From: Longimicrobiales bacterium
GTDB lineage: Bacteria; Gemmatimonadota; Gemmatimonadetes; Longimicrobiales; Gaopeijiaceae
Assembly (NCBI GenBank): GCA_965202985.1
Contig: CBDBCF010000001.1
Location: 1,664,001-1,728,000, forward strand
Direction of reading: 5' to 3'
Length of the DNA: 64,000 bases
A program made the translations under genes and the position numbers. A model generated the notes under the pieces. That model was given only the letters and a program-made list of their open reading frames with translations, had not been told where the DNA came from and did no database searches. The first letter of the stretch is position 1. Each line of letters opens with the position of its first letter. Shown here one piece after another: positions 9,671 to 19,181 of this stretch.

Positions 9671-11260
9671 ATGAATCTGCCGTCCCGCATGTTCCGCACC
9701 CGGCCAGCCGGCTTCCCGCTGGTTGCGGCGGTCGCGCTGCTCTCCGGCCTGCCCTGCAGCGCGCCCGCCCAGGTCTTCCCGACCGACGACCCCGTGATCC
9801 GCGCCATGTGGGAAGAGGGCATGGGCGAGGGGAGCCAGGTCGTCCACTTGGCGCAAGCGCTCGTGGACTCGATAGGCCCGCGCCTCATGGGGTCGCCGGC
9901 GTTTTCTCGTTCCGCCGATTGGCTGGCCGGCAACTACGAGCGCTGGGGCATCGAGGCGGAACGCCAGGAGTACGGGACGTGGACCGGCTGGGACCGGGGC
10001 GTCACCCACGTCGACCTTCTCGAACCCCGCGTGCGGACGCTGGAGGGAATGATGCTCGCGTGGAGCCCGGGCACCCGTGGTCCCGTGGAAGGGGAGGTCG
10101 TGGCGCTGCCGGCGTTCGAGCGAGCGCAGGACTTGGAGGCATGGCTTCCGCAGGCCGAAGGCAAGTTCGTTGCGATCTCCTTCGCGGAGCCCACGTGCCG
10201 GGAGGACCAGTCCTGGCAGGACCACGCCACGGAAGCCTCGTTTCGACGCATGACGGAGGCGCGCGACGCCGCCCGGGCGTCGTGGAGCGCCGGCTTCGGG
10301 GTCCTGGCCCGTGCCGGCGGACCCGCGCGGTTGGAAGAAGCCGGGGTCTTGGGCGTGTTGACGGGTCGCTGGTCCCAAGGCTGGGGCGTGGACAAGATCT
10401 TCTCGTCTCCCACGAGACGGATGCCATCGGTGCACCTGTCGTGCGAGGACTATTCCCTCGTGCACCGGCTGGCTTCCCGGGGCCAATCGCCCCGAATTCG
10501 CCTCGACGCCCAAGCCGAGTTCCTGGGCGAAGTGCCGGCCTTCAACTTGGTGGCCCGCATTCCGGGCGCCGAACTCCCCGACGAGTACGTGGTTCTGAGC
10601 GCGCACCTGGACTCCTGGGACGGAGCCTCGGGCGCCACCGACAACGGCACCGGCACGATCATGATGCACGAGGCCATGCGCATTCTGAAGGCCGCCTATC
10701 CCAATCCTCGTCGCACAATCTTGGCAGGCCACTGGGGCGGCGAGGAGCAAGGACTTATCGGCTCCACGGCCTTCGTGGCCGACAACCCGGAGGTGGCGGA
10801 CGGGCTGCAAGCCGCTTTCAACCAGGACAACGGCACCTGGCGGATCGACTACGTCCGGATGCAGGGCTTTCTGGGCGCGGGAGCGCACTTCGCCAAGTGG
10901 ATGGAGGCGATCCCGCCCGAGATCGCCGGCCACGTCGAGCTGGACGTGCCGGGCGTGCCGGAGCGGGGCGGGTCGGACCACATGTCGTTCATCTGCAAGG
11001 GCGCCCCCGGCTTCAGGCTCCAGTCCAACTACCCGGACTACCGTCGGTACACGTGGCACACCAACCGGGACACCTTCGACAAGATCGTGTTCGACGATCT
11101 GCGCAACAACGCCACCCTGGCGGCGATGTTGGCCTACGCCGCGTCCGAGGACCCGGAGCGCGTCCGCGTCGCGCGCAGGGAGATGCCCGCCAACCCTCGG
11201 ACGGGCCGCCCGGAGCCTTGGCCCGAGTGCAGAGCGCCCCGGCGGAGTCCCGGCGAATAG
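9671..11260 (+). CDS. Secreted M28 family peptidase (carboxypeptidase Q-like)
   Basis: SIGPRLMGS, AHLDSW, GATDNGTG, GEEQGLIGS, SDH, WHT motifs; signal peptide. Confidence 0.9.
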   Translation: MNLPSRMFRTRPAGFPLVAAVALLSGLPCSAPAQVFPTDDPVIRAMWEEGMGEGSQVVHLAQALVDSIGPRLMGSPAFSRSADWLAGNYERWGIEAERQEYGTWTGWDRGVTHVDLLEPRVRTLEGMMLAWSPGTRGPVEGEVVALPAFERAQDLEAWLPQAEGKFVAISFAEPTCREDQSWQDHATEASFRRMTEARDAARASWSAGFGVLARAGGPARLEEAGVLGVLTGRWSQGWGVDKIFSSPTRRMPSVHLSCEDYSLVHRLASRGQSPRIRLDAQAEFLGEVPAFNLVARIPGAELPDEYVVLSAHLDSWDGASGATDNGTGTIMMHEAMRILKAAYPNPRRTILAGHWGGEEQGLIGSTAFVADNPEVADGLQAAFNQDNGTWRIDYVRMQGFLGAGAHFAKWMEAIPPEIAGHVELDVPGVPERGGSDHMSFICKGAPGFRLQSNYPDYRRYTWHTNRDTFDKIVFDDLRNNATLAAMLAYAASEDPERVRVARREMPANPRTGRPEPWPECRAPRRSPGE

Positions 11261-11275
11261 GTTCGGGAGCGCGAG

Positions 11276-11764
11276 TCAGACCACTCCGTCATCCAGAGCG
11301 AGCCGCAGCTTCCGGCGGAACCGGCCCTCGTTCGCGCGCCGTTCGTCAGCGGGGTCCGACAAGTCCAGCGGCGGGACCGGGGCCGGGCGTCGTCCGTCGT
11401 CCACGGCCACGAACGTCACCAGGCACGTGTTCGTGCGACGCTTCGTTCCGGTCAGCAGGTTCTCGGCCTCGACCTGGACCCCGATCTCCATGGAAGTGCG
11501 GCCCACGAAGTTGACCCGAGCCGCGCACGTCACGAGTTCGCCCGCGTAGATCGGCTCCTTGAAGTCCACGCGGTCGATGGCGACCGTCAGGCAGGGCCGC
11601 CCCGAGTGCCGCATGGCGCACACCGCAGCCACGCGGTCCACCATGGCCAGCAGCTCGCCGCCGAAGATGTTCCCCGCGTTGTTGACCTGGTGCGGCATCA
11701 TAAGTTCGGAGAGGACGGCCACCGAGTCCGCCGGCCTCTTGGCTTCGCTGAGCGTCGCGGTCAC
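11276..11764 (-). CDS. Acyl-CoA thioesterase (hotdog fold, YciA-like)
   Basis: N..GNIFGG.LL..VD and GRTSMEIGV motifs. Confidence 0.9.
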   Translation of the reverse strand: MTATLSEAKRPADSVAVLSELMMPHQVNNAGNIFGGELLAMVDRVAAVCAMRHSGRPCLTVAIDRVDFKEPIYAGELVTCAARVNFVGRTSMEIGVQVEAENLLTGTKRRTNTCLVTFVAVDDGRRPAPVPPLDLSDPADERRANEGRFRRKLRLALDDGVV

Positions 11765-12603
11765 CCGCCCGGCTTGACGGCCTGGATCGTGCCGCCGTGG
11801 ATCGAACCGGCAAAGGCGCGGGCTTCCGCCTCCCGACGGGGATCATTCTCCACCACGGCCTGGACCTGCGGGTCCCCGAAGATGTGGTCGGCCGGGTACG
11901 GACTGCCCTGTTCCACGCGAACCTCGGCGAAGCCGGCCTGGGACAGGTCGCGCTCGTACTCGGACACCATGACGGGCAGGCACCCGACCAGCGCCTCCTT
12001 GGAGGACGCGATGAACTCCGGCGGACGGCGCGCGGACACCAAGTCGGAGATCATGAGTCGGCCGCCGGGCTTGAGCACGCGCAGGGCCTCGGCCAGCACC
12101 CTCGGGCGGTCCGGCGACAGGTTGAGGACGCAGTTGGAGATGACCGCGTCGGCCATGCCGTCTCCCACGGGTAGGGCTTCGATCTCGCCCAGGCGGAACT
12201 CCACGTTGGCGTAGCCGCCGTCTTCGGCGTTGGCGCGGGCGCGTTCGATCATCTCCGGGGTCATGTCCACGCCCAAGACCCGTCCGTCGGGACCGACCCG
12301 GTCCGCCGCCAGAAAGCAGTCGAAGCCCGCGCCGGACCCCAGGTCCACCACGGTGTCGCCCGGCGACAGCGACGCCAGCGCCACCGGGTTGCCGCACCCC
12401 AGTCCCAGGTTGGCGCCGTCCGGCACGCTGGCCAGATCGCCCTCCTGATACCCCACGGCCCGGCTGATGTCCTGCGCCGTCGTCGCCTCGGCTTCTCCCG
12501 CGCAGCCGCACGCGGAAGGCCCGCAGCACCCGCCCGTCTCTACCGCCTTGCTCCCGTACCTCTCTCGAACCGCACGCCGAACTGTGCTCGCTTCCATCGC
12601 CAT
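11761..12603 (-). CDS. arsM: Arsenite methyltransferase
   Basis: N-terminal CC, LGLGCGNP, DLGSGAGFD, ISNCVLNL, VGC: the conserved ArsM Cys positions. Confidence 0.85.
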   Translation of the reverse strand: MAMEASTVRRAVRERYGSKAVETGGCCGPSACGCAGEAEATTAQDISRAVGYQEGDLASVPDGANLGLGCGNPVALASLSPGDTVVDLGSGAGFDCFLAADRVGPDGRVLGVDMTPEMIERARANAEDGGYANVEFRLGEIEALPVGDGMADAVISNCVLNLSPDRPRVLAEALRVLKPGGRLMISDLVSARRPPEFIASSKEALVGCLPVMVSEYERDLSQAGFAEVRVEQGSPYPADHIFGDPQVQAVVENDPRREAEARAFAGSIHGGTIQAVKPGG

Positions 12604-12797
12604 TTGGTGCCGCCCCCCTTCCCCTGTCTTAATGTCGCGTTCCTTGAAGCCGCCCCAATATACCACCATGTTCCAAGGGAGCGGGGCGCGTTGCTAGGCG
12701 CGCGCCACGCCCGACAGAACGGGGCGCGGGGACGGGGCCGAGCTGGTCGGTCGCCCGGCTTTGCACGACACAAAAAACACGCGGCGGAGGGGCACGA

Positions 12798-13934
12798 ATG
12801 GACTGGAAGGAACGGCTGGCGCAGATCCGCAACCGGCTCGAACGCGAGCGGGACGAACTTGGGCTCAAGGCTCGCTTGGCCAAGATGGACGCTCGCGACG
12901 AGATGGCCGGATTGGAGAAGAAGTGGGAGGCCTTCCGCGCCAGGATGGCCGACATCGAGATCGGAGAGGTGACCGAAGAGGTCCGGGACACGGCCGACCG
13001 GCTGGCCGGCGAACTCCGGCGCGGCTACGACCGGCTTCGGGAGCGGATGCGCGATCGCGCCGACGGGGCCGACTCGACGGACGCGGAGCCGGACGCCGGC
13101 GAACGATCGGGCGCGGCGGCGTCCGAAGACGGCGAGGGAGCCTACACGATGGGCTACGGGGAGGAGTTTCAGCAGGTGCTGGAACGCCGGAGCGCCCGGA
13201 CCCATGCGGCGCACCTCTTGCCGCGCTTGCGACGGGGGATGCGGGTGCTGGACTTCGGTTGCGGCCCGGGAACGATCTCGGTGGGCTTGGCGGAGGCGGT
13301 GGCGCCGGGAGAGCTTCACGGCATCGACATGGAGGAGTCGCAGGTGGAGATGGCCGTTGCCGCGGCTCGTGCCGGCGGCCACGAGAACGCCGTCTTCCGC
13401 ACCGGCGACGTGACGGAGCTGGCGTTCGAGGACGACTCGTTCGATGTCGTGCACTGCAACGCCGTGCTCATGCACGTGCCCGACACTGCGGCGGCTCTGG
13501 CCGAAGCGATGCGCGTGCTCAAGTCCGGCGGCCTCTTGTCCATGCAGGAACTGATCACCGATTCGTCGTTCCTGGAGCCGACGTTCGGCAACCTGGACGG
13601 CGCCTGGACCACGTTCGACAAGCTGCTTGCGGGCAACGGCGGGCATCCGCAGATGGGCAAGGAAGCCAAGGCCGTCCTCCAGGAGGCGGGGTTCGCCGAC
13701 GTCGAGGCCCACGCCTTCTTCGAGCTCTTCCACACCGAAGCCGACCGCGTGTTCTTCTACGGCTTCATCACCCAGTGGTTCTTCTCGCCCGAGGTCGTGG
13801 CGGCCGCGTCCAAGCACGGGCTGGCCACGGAGCAGGAGTTGGACGGATGGCGCGCGTCGCTGGACAGGTGGAAGAACCACTCGGCCGGTTGCGCGGCGTT
13901 CGCCTGGGGAGGAGCGCTGGGGCGCAAGCCGTAG
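12798..13934 (+). CDS. Class I SAM methyltransferase with an N-terminal ~85-aa helical domain
   Basis: VLDFGCGPG, FDVVHCNAVLMH, RVLKSGG; N-terminal ERERDELGLKARLAKMDARDE helical module. Confidence 0.85.
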   Translation: MDWKERLAQIRNRLERERDELGLKARLAKMDARDEMAGLEKKWEAFRARMADIEIGEVTEEVRDTADRLAGELRRGYDRLRERMRDRADGADSTDAEPDAGERSGAAASEDGEGAYTMGYGEEFQQVLERRSARTHAAHLLPRLRRGMRVLDFGCGPGTISVGLAEAVAPGELHGIDMEESQVEMAVAAARAGGHENAVFRTGDVTELAFEDDSFDVVHCNAVLMHVPDTAAALAEAMRVLKSGGLLSMQELITDSSFLEPTFGNLDGAWTTFDKLLAGNGGHPQMGKEAKAVLQEAGFADVEAHAFFELFHTEADRVFFYGFITQWFFSPEVVAAASKHGLATEQELDGWRASLDRWKNHSAGCAAFAWGGALGRKP

Positions 13935-13962
13935 CCCCGGGGTTGCTGTCGGGCGGTTGCGG

Positions 13963-15204
13963 TCAGGCTGGAGCGGCCGCCTTCGGGTCGCGGACCCGTT
14001 GCAGAAGCAGGGCGCCGATCACGAACAGGGCCGTGAGCGCCAGCATCGCTGGACGCTGGTTGCCGCCGAAAGCGAGGACGACGTACCCGAACAAGAGCGG
14101 CCCGATCACCGAGGACGACTTTCCGCACAGGGCGTAGAAGCCGAACAGCTTGGCTTCCTGGCCGTCCGGGATCAGCGAAGCCATGAGGGCGCGACTGGCC
14201 GACTGCACCGATCCCAGTCCGAAGCCGGCCACGACGGCCAGCACGTAGAACGCCCCCTGACTCTGGATGAAGTAGGAAGCGATGCCGGCGGCGGTCCACA
14301 GGACCAGCACTCCGGTCAACACCTTCTTGGGTCCCAGGACGTCCGTGGGCTTGGCAAGCGCGAAGGCCCCCGCAAGCGCCGAGAACTGCACGATGAAGAA
14401 GAGGATGATCGTGCCCGTCTGCGTGAAGCCGAAGCTTTCCGTGGCGATGAGGCTGGCCATGACGATGATCGTCAGGACCCCGTCGATGTAGAAGAAGAAG
14501 GCGAACAGGAAGTTTCGCAGGTCCTTGGTCCGCCATATGTAGACGACGACTTCCCAGAGGTCCCGGATGCCCAGAACGGCGGCGCTGGCCACGGACGTGC
14601 TCGCGCCCCGGCTCCCGGGCAGGTTCCGAAACGCCGGTATCGAGAACATCAGGAAGAAGGCGGCGGTCGCCAGCCACACGACGTCCAATCCGGTTCCGAG
14701 GAACGTGTAGAGGATCAAGGCGATGCCGAGGCCGATTGCCGACCCGACGTAGCCGAGTCCAAAGCCCAGTCCCGACACCCACCCCAGCCGCCTCTTCGGC
14801 GCAATGTCGGGCAAGTAGGCGTTGTAGAACACCAGTGCGCTCTCGAAGCCCACGTTGGCCACGACGAAGACGGCGAACCCGGCGGCGAGCATTCCCTCGC
14901 CCAGCAACGCCATGGCGGCCACCCCGGCAACGCAGACCAGCGTGTAGAAGACCATGAACTGCTTGCGGGCCCGGCTCCGGTCGGCGATGGCCCCGAGCAT
15001 CGGCGCCGTGACGGCGACGAAGAAGGCCGACGCCGAGACCGCCAAGCCCCACCAAAATTCGCCCTGGCCACCCTCCCCCCCCACGATGACATCCTTGAAG
15101 AACACCGGGAAGACGGCCGTGGTGATCACGGCCGGATAGGCCGAGTTGGCGAAGTCGAAGAGGGCCCACGACCACACCTGGGCCCGGTTGCCGCGGTCGG
15201 TCAA
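13963..15204 (-). CDS. MFS transporter, UMF1/Atg22 family
   Basis: WALFDFANSAY, FYNAYLPDI, SASRAL motifs; about 12 TM segments. Confidence 0.9.
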   Translation of the reverse strand: MTDRGNRAQVWSWALFDFANSAYPAVITTAVFPVFFKDVIVGGEGGQGEFWWGLAVSASAFFVAVTAPMLGAIADRSRARKQFMVFYTLVCVAGVAAMALLGEGMLAAGFAVFVVANVGFESALVFYNAYLPDIAPKRRLGWVSGLGFGLGYVGSAIGLGIALILYTFLGTGLDVVWLATAAFFLMFSIPAFRNLPGSRGASTSVASAAVLGIRDLWEVVVYIWRTKDLRNFLFAFFFYIDGVLTIIVMASLIATESFGFTQTGTIILFFIVQFSALAGAFALAKPTDVLGPKKVLTGVLVLWTAAGIASYFIQSQGAFYVLAVVAGFGLGSVQSASRALMASLIPDGQEAKLFGFYALCGKSSSVIGPLLFGYVVLAFGGNQRPAMLALTALFVIGALLLQRVRDPKAAAPA

Positions 15205-15491
15205 GACAAGTCTTCCGACGCCCCGCCCTTCCGCGCCTGCCTGACTCCCAGCGCCACGCCCGAGCCCACGCCCGCCGCCGTGATCAAGGCCGCGCTGGCG
15301 CCGATCACGGGCACGATGACCACCACGGGCGCCGCCGCCACCGCGGTCACAGCGCCGGCGGCCAGTCCCACCCTCACGCTCGACTTCTCCACCACGCGCG
15401 TGTACCGCAGCCTGCGCCGCACGAAGTCCTTCGACTTCCGGTGGCCGAAGAACCCTGCCACGCCGCCGACGATGAGTTCAAGCACAAACAT
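15201..15491 (-). CDS. Small membrane protein, hypothetical
   Basis: Hydrophobic 96-aa ORF overlapping the start of the MFS gene; FVRRRLRY motif. Confidence 0.7.
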   Translation of the reverse strand: MFVLELIVGGVAGFFGHRKSKDFVRRRLRYTRVVEKSSVRVGLAAGAVTAVAAAPVVVIVPVIGASAALITAAGVGSGVALGVRQARKGGASEDLS

Positions 15492-15568
15492 GAAAGGGCT
15501 CCTTGCTGTTGTGTGACCGGCTCATACGAAACGCGGCGCCCAACGGTTCCAACGCCTGGGGCTCCAAC

Positions 15569-16081
15569 TTACGACGGATGCCCCATCGCTGCCCAGACCC
15601 GGTTCACCTGCGTGGACACGTCCTGGAGGGCGTAGATCGAAGCGTCGTCCAGCTTGCGGCTGATCTCTGGCCCCACCAGCCGTCGCAAGAAGCGCAACGG
15701 CTCTGCGAACTCGGCCTCGAAGAGCGGTTCGGCGCCGCGGTTCAGGTTTTGGAGGATGCGCAGGGCCAAGTAGGTGTCGTCCAGCAGGCCGGCCAAGCCC
15801 TGGGTCATCTCCGGGATCAGGTCCACCGGGTCGACGAAGTAGTGGGCGGCGTGGTCCAGCAGGGGCATCACGACCACCGTCAGGCCCCGCTGGTTAGCGG
15901 CGTCGGCGGCGTTGGCCAGCAACACCGGCACCAGGTCGATGATCTCCACGGCCACAACGGCGGCCTCGGTCACGTCGGAGTTGCTGGAGCGGGGCGAACG
16001 GGAGCGGATGAACTCCTCCAGCTTGCCGCCGTCGCGCACCTTTGCACTGTCGATGACCGCCTGCACGTCGCCGATGTTCAT
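15569..16081 (-). CDS. YkvA/DUF1232-like protein
   Basis: YFVDPVDLIPE...GLLDD motif; start MNIGDV overlaps the upstream stop. Confidence 0.75.
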   Translation of the reverse strand: MNIGDVQAVIDSAKVRDGGKLEEFIRSRSPRSSNSDVTEAAVVAVEIIDLVPVLLANAADAANQRGLTVVVMPLLDHAAHYFVDPVDLIPEMTQGLAGLLDDTYLALRILQNLNRGAEPLFEAEFAEPLRFLRRLVGPEISRKLDDASIYALQDVSTQVNRVWAAMGHPS

Positions 16082-18063
16082 CGCGCGGCGCCGCCGTCGT
16101 TGCGCCGGTACGCCACCAGCCCGCCCCCTGCGCCGCCCAGGATCAAGTCCAGGTCCCCGTCGCCGTCCCAATCGGCGAAGGCGGGCGTCGCGAACGGGGG
16201 GACGTCGCGGGCGAACGGCGGGCCTTCCACGAAGACGGGCCCGGCGGCGGCGTGCGGTCCGCCGTCGGCGCCGCGTTCCGTTGCCGGGCCGCGGTCGGCT
16301 GCGTCGCTGTCGCCTCCGGTCTCGTTCAAGAACAATCGAAGTCCGTCGCTTTCGGAACCCACGGCCATGTCCAGGTCCCCGTCGCCGTCCAAGTCGGTGA
16401 ACGCGGGCGCGCTCCGGCGTCCCACGTCGATCTCCAGGAACCGGTCCGAGACCAGCCGAAAGTCGGGTGCGCGCGGTCCGCCGTCGTTCCGGTAGTAGTT
16501 GAGGACGCCCGACGCCTCGCCCACCATGAGGTCCAGGTCTCCGTCGCCGTCCAAGTCGGCCAGCGCCGGAGTCGTGTTGCGGCCGCGGGTCAGGACGGCC
16601 GCTGCCGAATCCACCAGGGTCCAGCGGGGCAGGAGGCCTTCGCCGGGGCCGTCGTTCCGGTAGTAGGCGATGCGGTCGCGCCACTCGCCCAGGAGCAGGT
16701 CCGGGTCGCCGTCGCCGTCCAGGTCTCCGAAGGCGGGGGCGTAATGGTACGCCTGGGGCAGTCCGGGCACGGCGCCGCGCGCGGCGAAGGCGGCTGCCCG
16801 CGGAGAGCCCGTGTTCTCGAAGACATAGAGTCCCCCCGTGCGCGGGTGGTCCGGCTCGATCTTGTTGGACACCAGCAGGTCCAAGTCGCCGTCGCCGTCC
16901 AGGTCCGAGAAGGCGGGGATCGACTCGCTGCCCACGTCCAACGTGCGGATCAGGCGGGTGGTCGCTGCGTGGAAGGCGCCGTCCTGGTCCTGGTCGAAGC
17001 GGTGCAGGTTCTCGATCGTGGTGCGGTTCGGGTTGAAGGCGCCGCCCAGCACGCCCATGACCAAGTCCACGTCGCCGTCCGCGTCCAGGTCGCCCAAGGC
17101 CGGCGCGTTGTAGCCCGACGTGCGCACCGGGTTCCCCGGCGGAAAGGGCTGCGGTTGTCCGCGCAGGACTGGCCGCGCGCACGACCCCGTGTTCTCGATG
17201 AACAGAAGGCCGGGTTCGAAGAAGTCCCCCCAGAACAGGTCCTGGTCGCCGTCCTGGTCCACGTCGCCCAAGGCCATCGTGTTGGCGCCGTGCAGGCTGC
17301 CGCCCTGAAGCGCCGCCACGATCTCGATGTCCTCGAACGAGTCGGTGACGTGCCGGAAGCGGGGCACGCCGTCCGGGTCCATGGTCTCGGCCTCGTACCG
17401 CGTGATCGTGCCGGTCAAGCGGCCCACCAAGAGGTCCAAGCGGCCGTCGCAGTCGATATCCGCCGCGTTCGGAATGTTCTGGCGGTCGGAGAAGACGGCG
17501 GCGCCGTCAACGTCGCGGAGCGTGTCGGTCGCCAGCACGTACGACGCCCGTCCCGCGCCTCCGTCGTTGCGGTAGTAGCGAATGTGGCTGAAGGGCTCTT
17601 CGGCCAGCAGGTCCAGGTCGCCGTCCAAGTCCACGTCGGCGAAGCGAAACCACTCGCCCACGGCCAAGTCCCCGAAGGCGTCGGTCGCCCATCGCCAGCG
17701 GACGCTCCCGGCTTCGGTCCCCTCGGCCTCGACGCCCTCGTTCTCGAAGTAGGCGACGCGGCCCGCGTACTCCTGAAGGAACAGGTCCAGGTCGCCGTCA
17801 CCGTCGGCGTCGGCCAACTGGGGTCGGGGCAGGTTGTAGCCGCCCAGGAAGGGGTGGTCGTGGGGCTGGCCGAGGCTGTCGAGAACTTGGACGCCGTAGA
17901 CCACGCGCTCCCAAGAGGGCGGGCCGGAAAGGGCCGGACCGGGGCCGGGCGACGAGGGTTCCGGGGCGCCCGAGCCGGCGGCGCACCCGCCGACCAGCGC
18001 AGTCGCGCACACCGCCAGGGCGGCCGTCGCGCGCTGCCGGACCGCCGGCCGCCCGAGCGTCAT
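16078..18063 (-). CDS. FG-GAP/VCBS repeat lipoprotein
   Basis: Lipobox LVGGC; many D(L/A)DGDGDLDL Ca-binding repeats with Y(Y/F)(R/E)N motifs. Confidence 0.85.
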   Translation of the reverse strand: MTLGRPAVRQRATAALAVCATALVGGCAAGSGAPEPSSPGPGPALSGPPSWERVVYGVQVLDSLGQPHDHPFLGGYNLPRPQLADADGDGDLDLFLQEYAGRVAYFENEGVEAEGTEAGSVRWRWATDAFGDLAVGEWFRFADVDLDGDLDLLAEEPFSHIRYYRNDGGAGRASYVLATDTLRDVDGAAVFSDRQNIPNAADIDCDGRLDLLVGRLTGTITRYEAETMDPDGVPRFRHVTDSFEDIEIVAALQGGSLHGANTMALGDVDQDGDQDLFWGDFFEPGLLFIENTGSCARPVLRGQPQPFPPGNPVRTSGYNAPALGDLDADGDVDLVMGVLGGAFNPNRTTIENLHRFDQDQDGAFHAATTRLIRTLDVGSESIPAFSDLDGDGDLDLLVSNKIEPDHPRTGGLYVFENTGSPRAAAFAARGAVPGLPQAYHYAPAFGDLDGDGDPDLLLGEWRDRIAYYRNDGPGEGLLPRWTLVDSAAAVLTRGRNTTPALADLDGDGDLDLMVGEASGVLNYYRNDGGPRAPDFRLVSDRFLEIDVGRRSAPAFTDLDGDGDLDMAVGSESDGLRLFLNETGGDSDAADRGPATERGADGGPHAAAGPVFVEGPPFARDVPPFATPAFADWDGDGDLDLILGGAGGGLVAYRRNDGGAAR

Positions 18064-19181
18064 CCGCCCGCCGGAGCCGGTCCTGCGGAGATGCCGGCCG
18101 GGTAGGCGCCGACCTCGATCGTCTGCACGACCTCCAGCGTGCGCGTGTCGATCTTCACGACCGTGCCCACCTGGGCGTTGTCTTCCACGGGCCGGATAGG
18201 AACATACGTTCCCTTCTGGTTCCGGTTGGACACGAAGAGCCAGCGACCGTCGCCAGCGATTGCGCTGCCGTGGGGCTCGGCGATACCCGGCGCCGTGATG
18301 CGCTTCGCGACCGTCCAGCCGTCCGTCTCCACCACGACCACGGCGTCGTCGTCCTTGGCGCCGAAGTAGACGCGCCCTCCGTCCGGGGAATAGGCGGGAT
18401 GCCACGGCTGGGCGCCGACATCGATCTCGCGGATCAGCCGAAGGTCGGGTTCTTCCGCGTCGAAGACGAGGAGCTTGCCGGTGAGCTGGGCGGTGGCGAC
18501 CAAGCGGCGGCCGTCCGGCGCCAGGGCGAACTGCACGAAGGTGTGGGCCGGGCCGTCCACGTCCACCAAGTTGATCTCGCCCGAGGCGGGGGCCAGCACG
18601 GCGATGCGGTTCTCGGCCAGGGAGGCCGCGAAGACGCGGTCGCGGCGGCCGTCCACGGCCAGGGCATGGGGTCGGGGGAAGAAAACGTCCAGCTCTTCCA
18701 CGTCCATCGTGGCGCGGTCCATGGCACCGATGCGGCGAGGGGGGCTCACCGCCATCATCGACCGTCCGACGTAGAGCGTGCCCGACGCCGGGTCGGCCAC
18801 GAGCAGGCCGGGCGTCTCGAACGGCGCGCGACCCGCCGGTTCGCCGTCGGCGGTGAAGCGCAGCACGTGGCCTCCGCCGATCAGAGACACGTACCAGTGG
18901 CCGCCGTCCGGATCCACGGCCGTGTCGTGAGGACGCGAGTCGGGACCGAAGCCGTGCTCCGCCAGGTCCACGGTGTAGGCGACTTGGCCCGACTCCACGT
19001 CGATCACCGAGACGCTGGCCGAAGCCTGGTTGGCGACGTAGAGCCGCTCGGCGCGCGCGGCTTGGCCCGTCGCGGCTTGGCCCGCCCAAGCCGGGGCCGG
19101 ACGGAGCACCGAGACGGCGAGCAGCGCGACGAGCGATCCGACGGCGGAAGCCGCCGCCGACAATGCCGGTCTGGGCGTCAC
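18060..19181 (-). CDS. YVTN/YncE family beta-propeller, secreted
   Basis: LYVANQ..SVSVID, PH..A..DG, IEVGAYP repeats; signal peptide. Confidence 0.85.
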   Translation of the reverse strand: MTPRPALSAAASAVGSLVALLAVSVLRPAPAWAGQAATGQAARAERLYVANQASASVSVIDVESGQVAYTVDLAEHGFGPDSRPHDTAVDPDGGHWYVSLIGGGHVLRFTADGEPAGRAPFETPGLLVADPASGTLYVGRSMMAVSPPRRIGAMDRATMDVEELDVFFPRPHALAVDGRRDRVFAASLAENRIAVLAPASGEINLVDVDGPAHTFVQFALAPDGRRLVATAQLTGKLLVFDAEEPDLRLIREIDVGAQPWHPAYSPDGGRVYFGAKDDDAVVVVETDGWTVAKRITAPGIAEPHGSAIAGDGRWLFVSNRNQKGTYVPIRPVEDNAQVGTVVKIDTRTLEVVQTIEVGAYPAGISAGPAPAGG

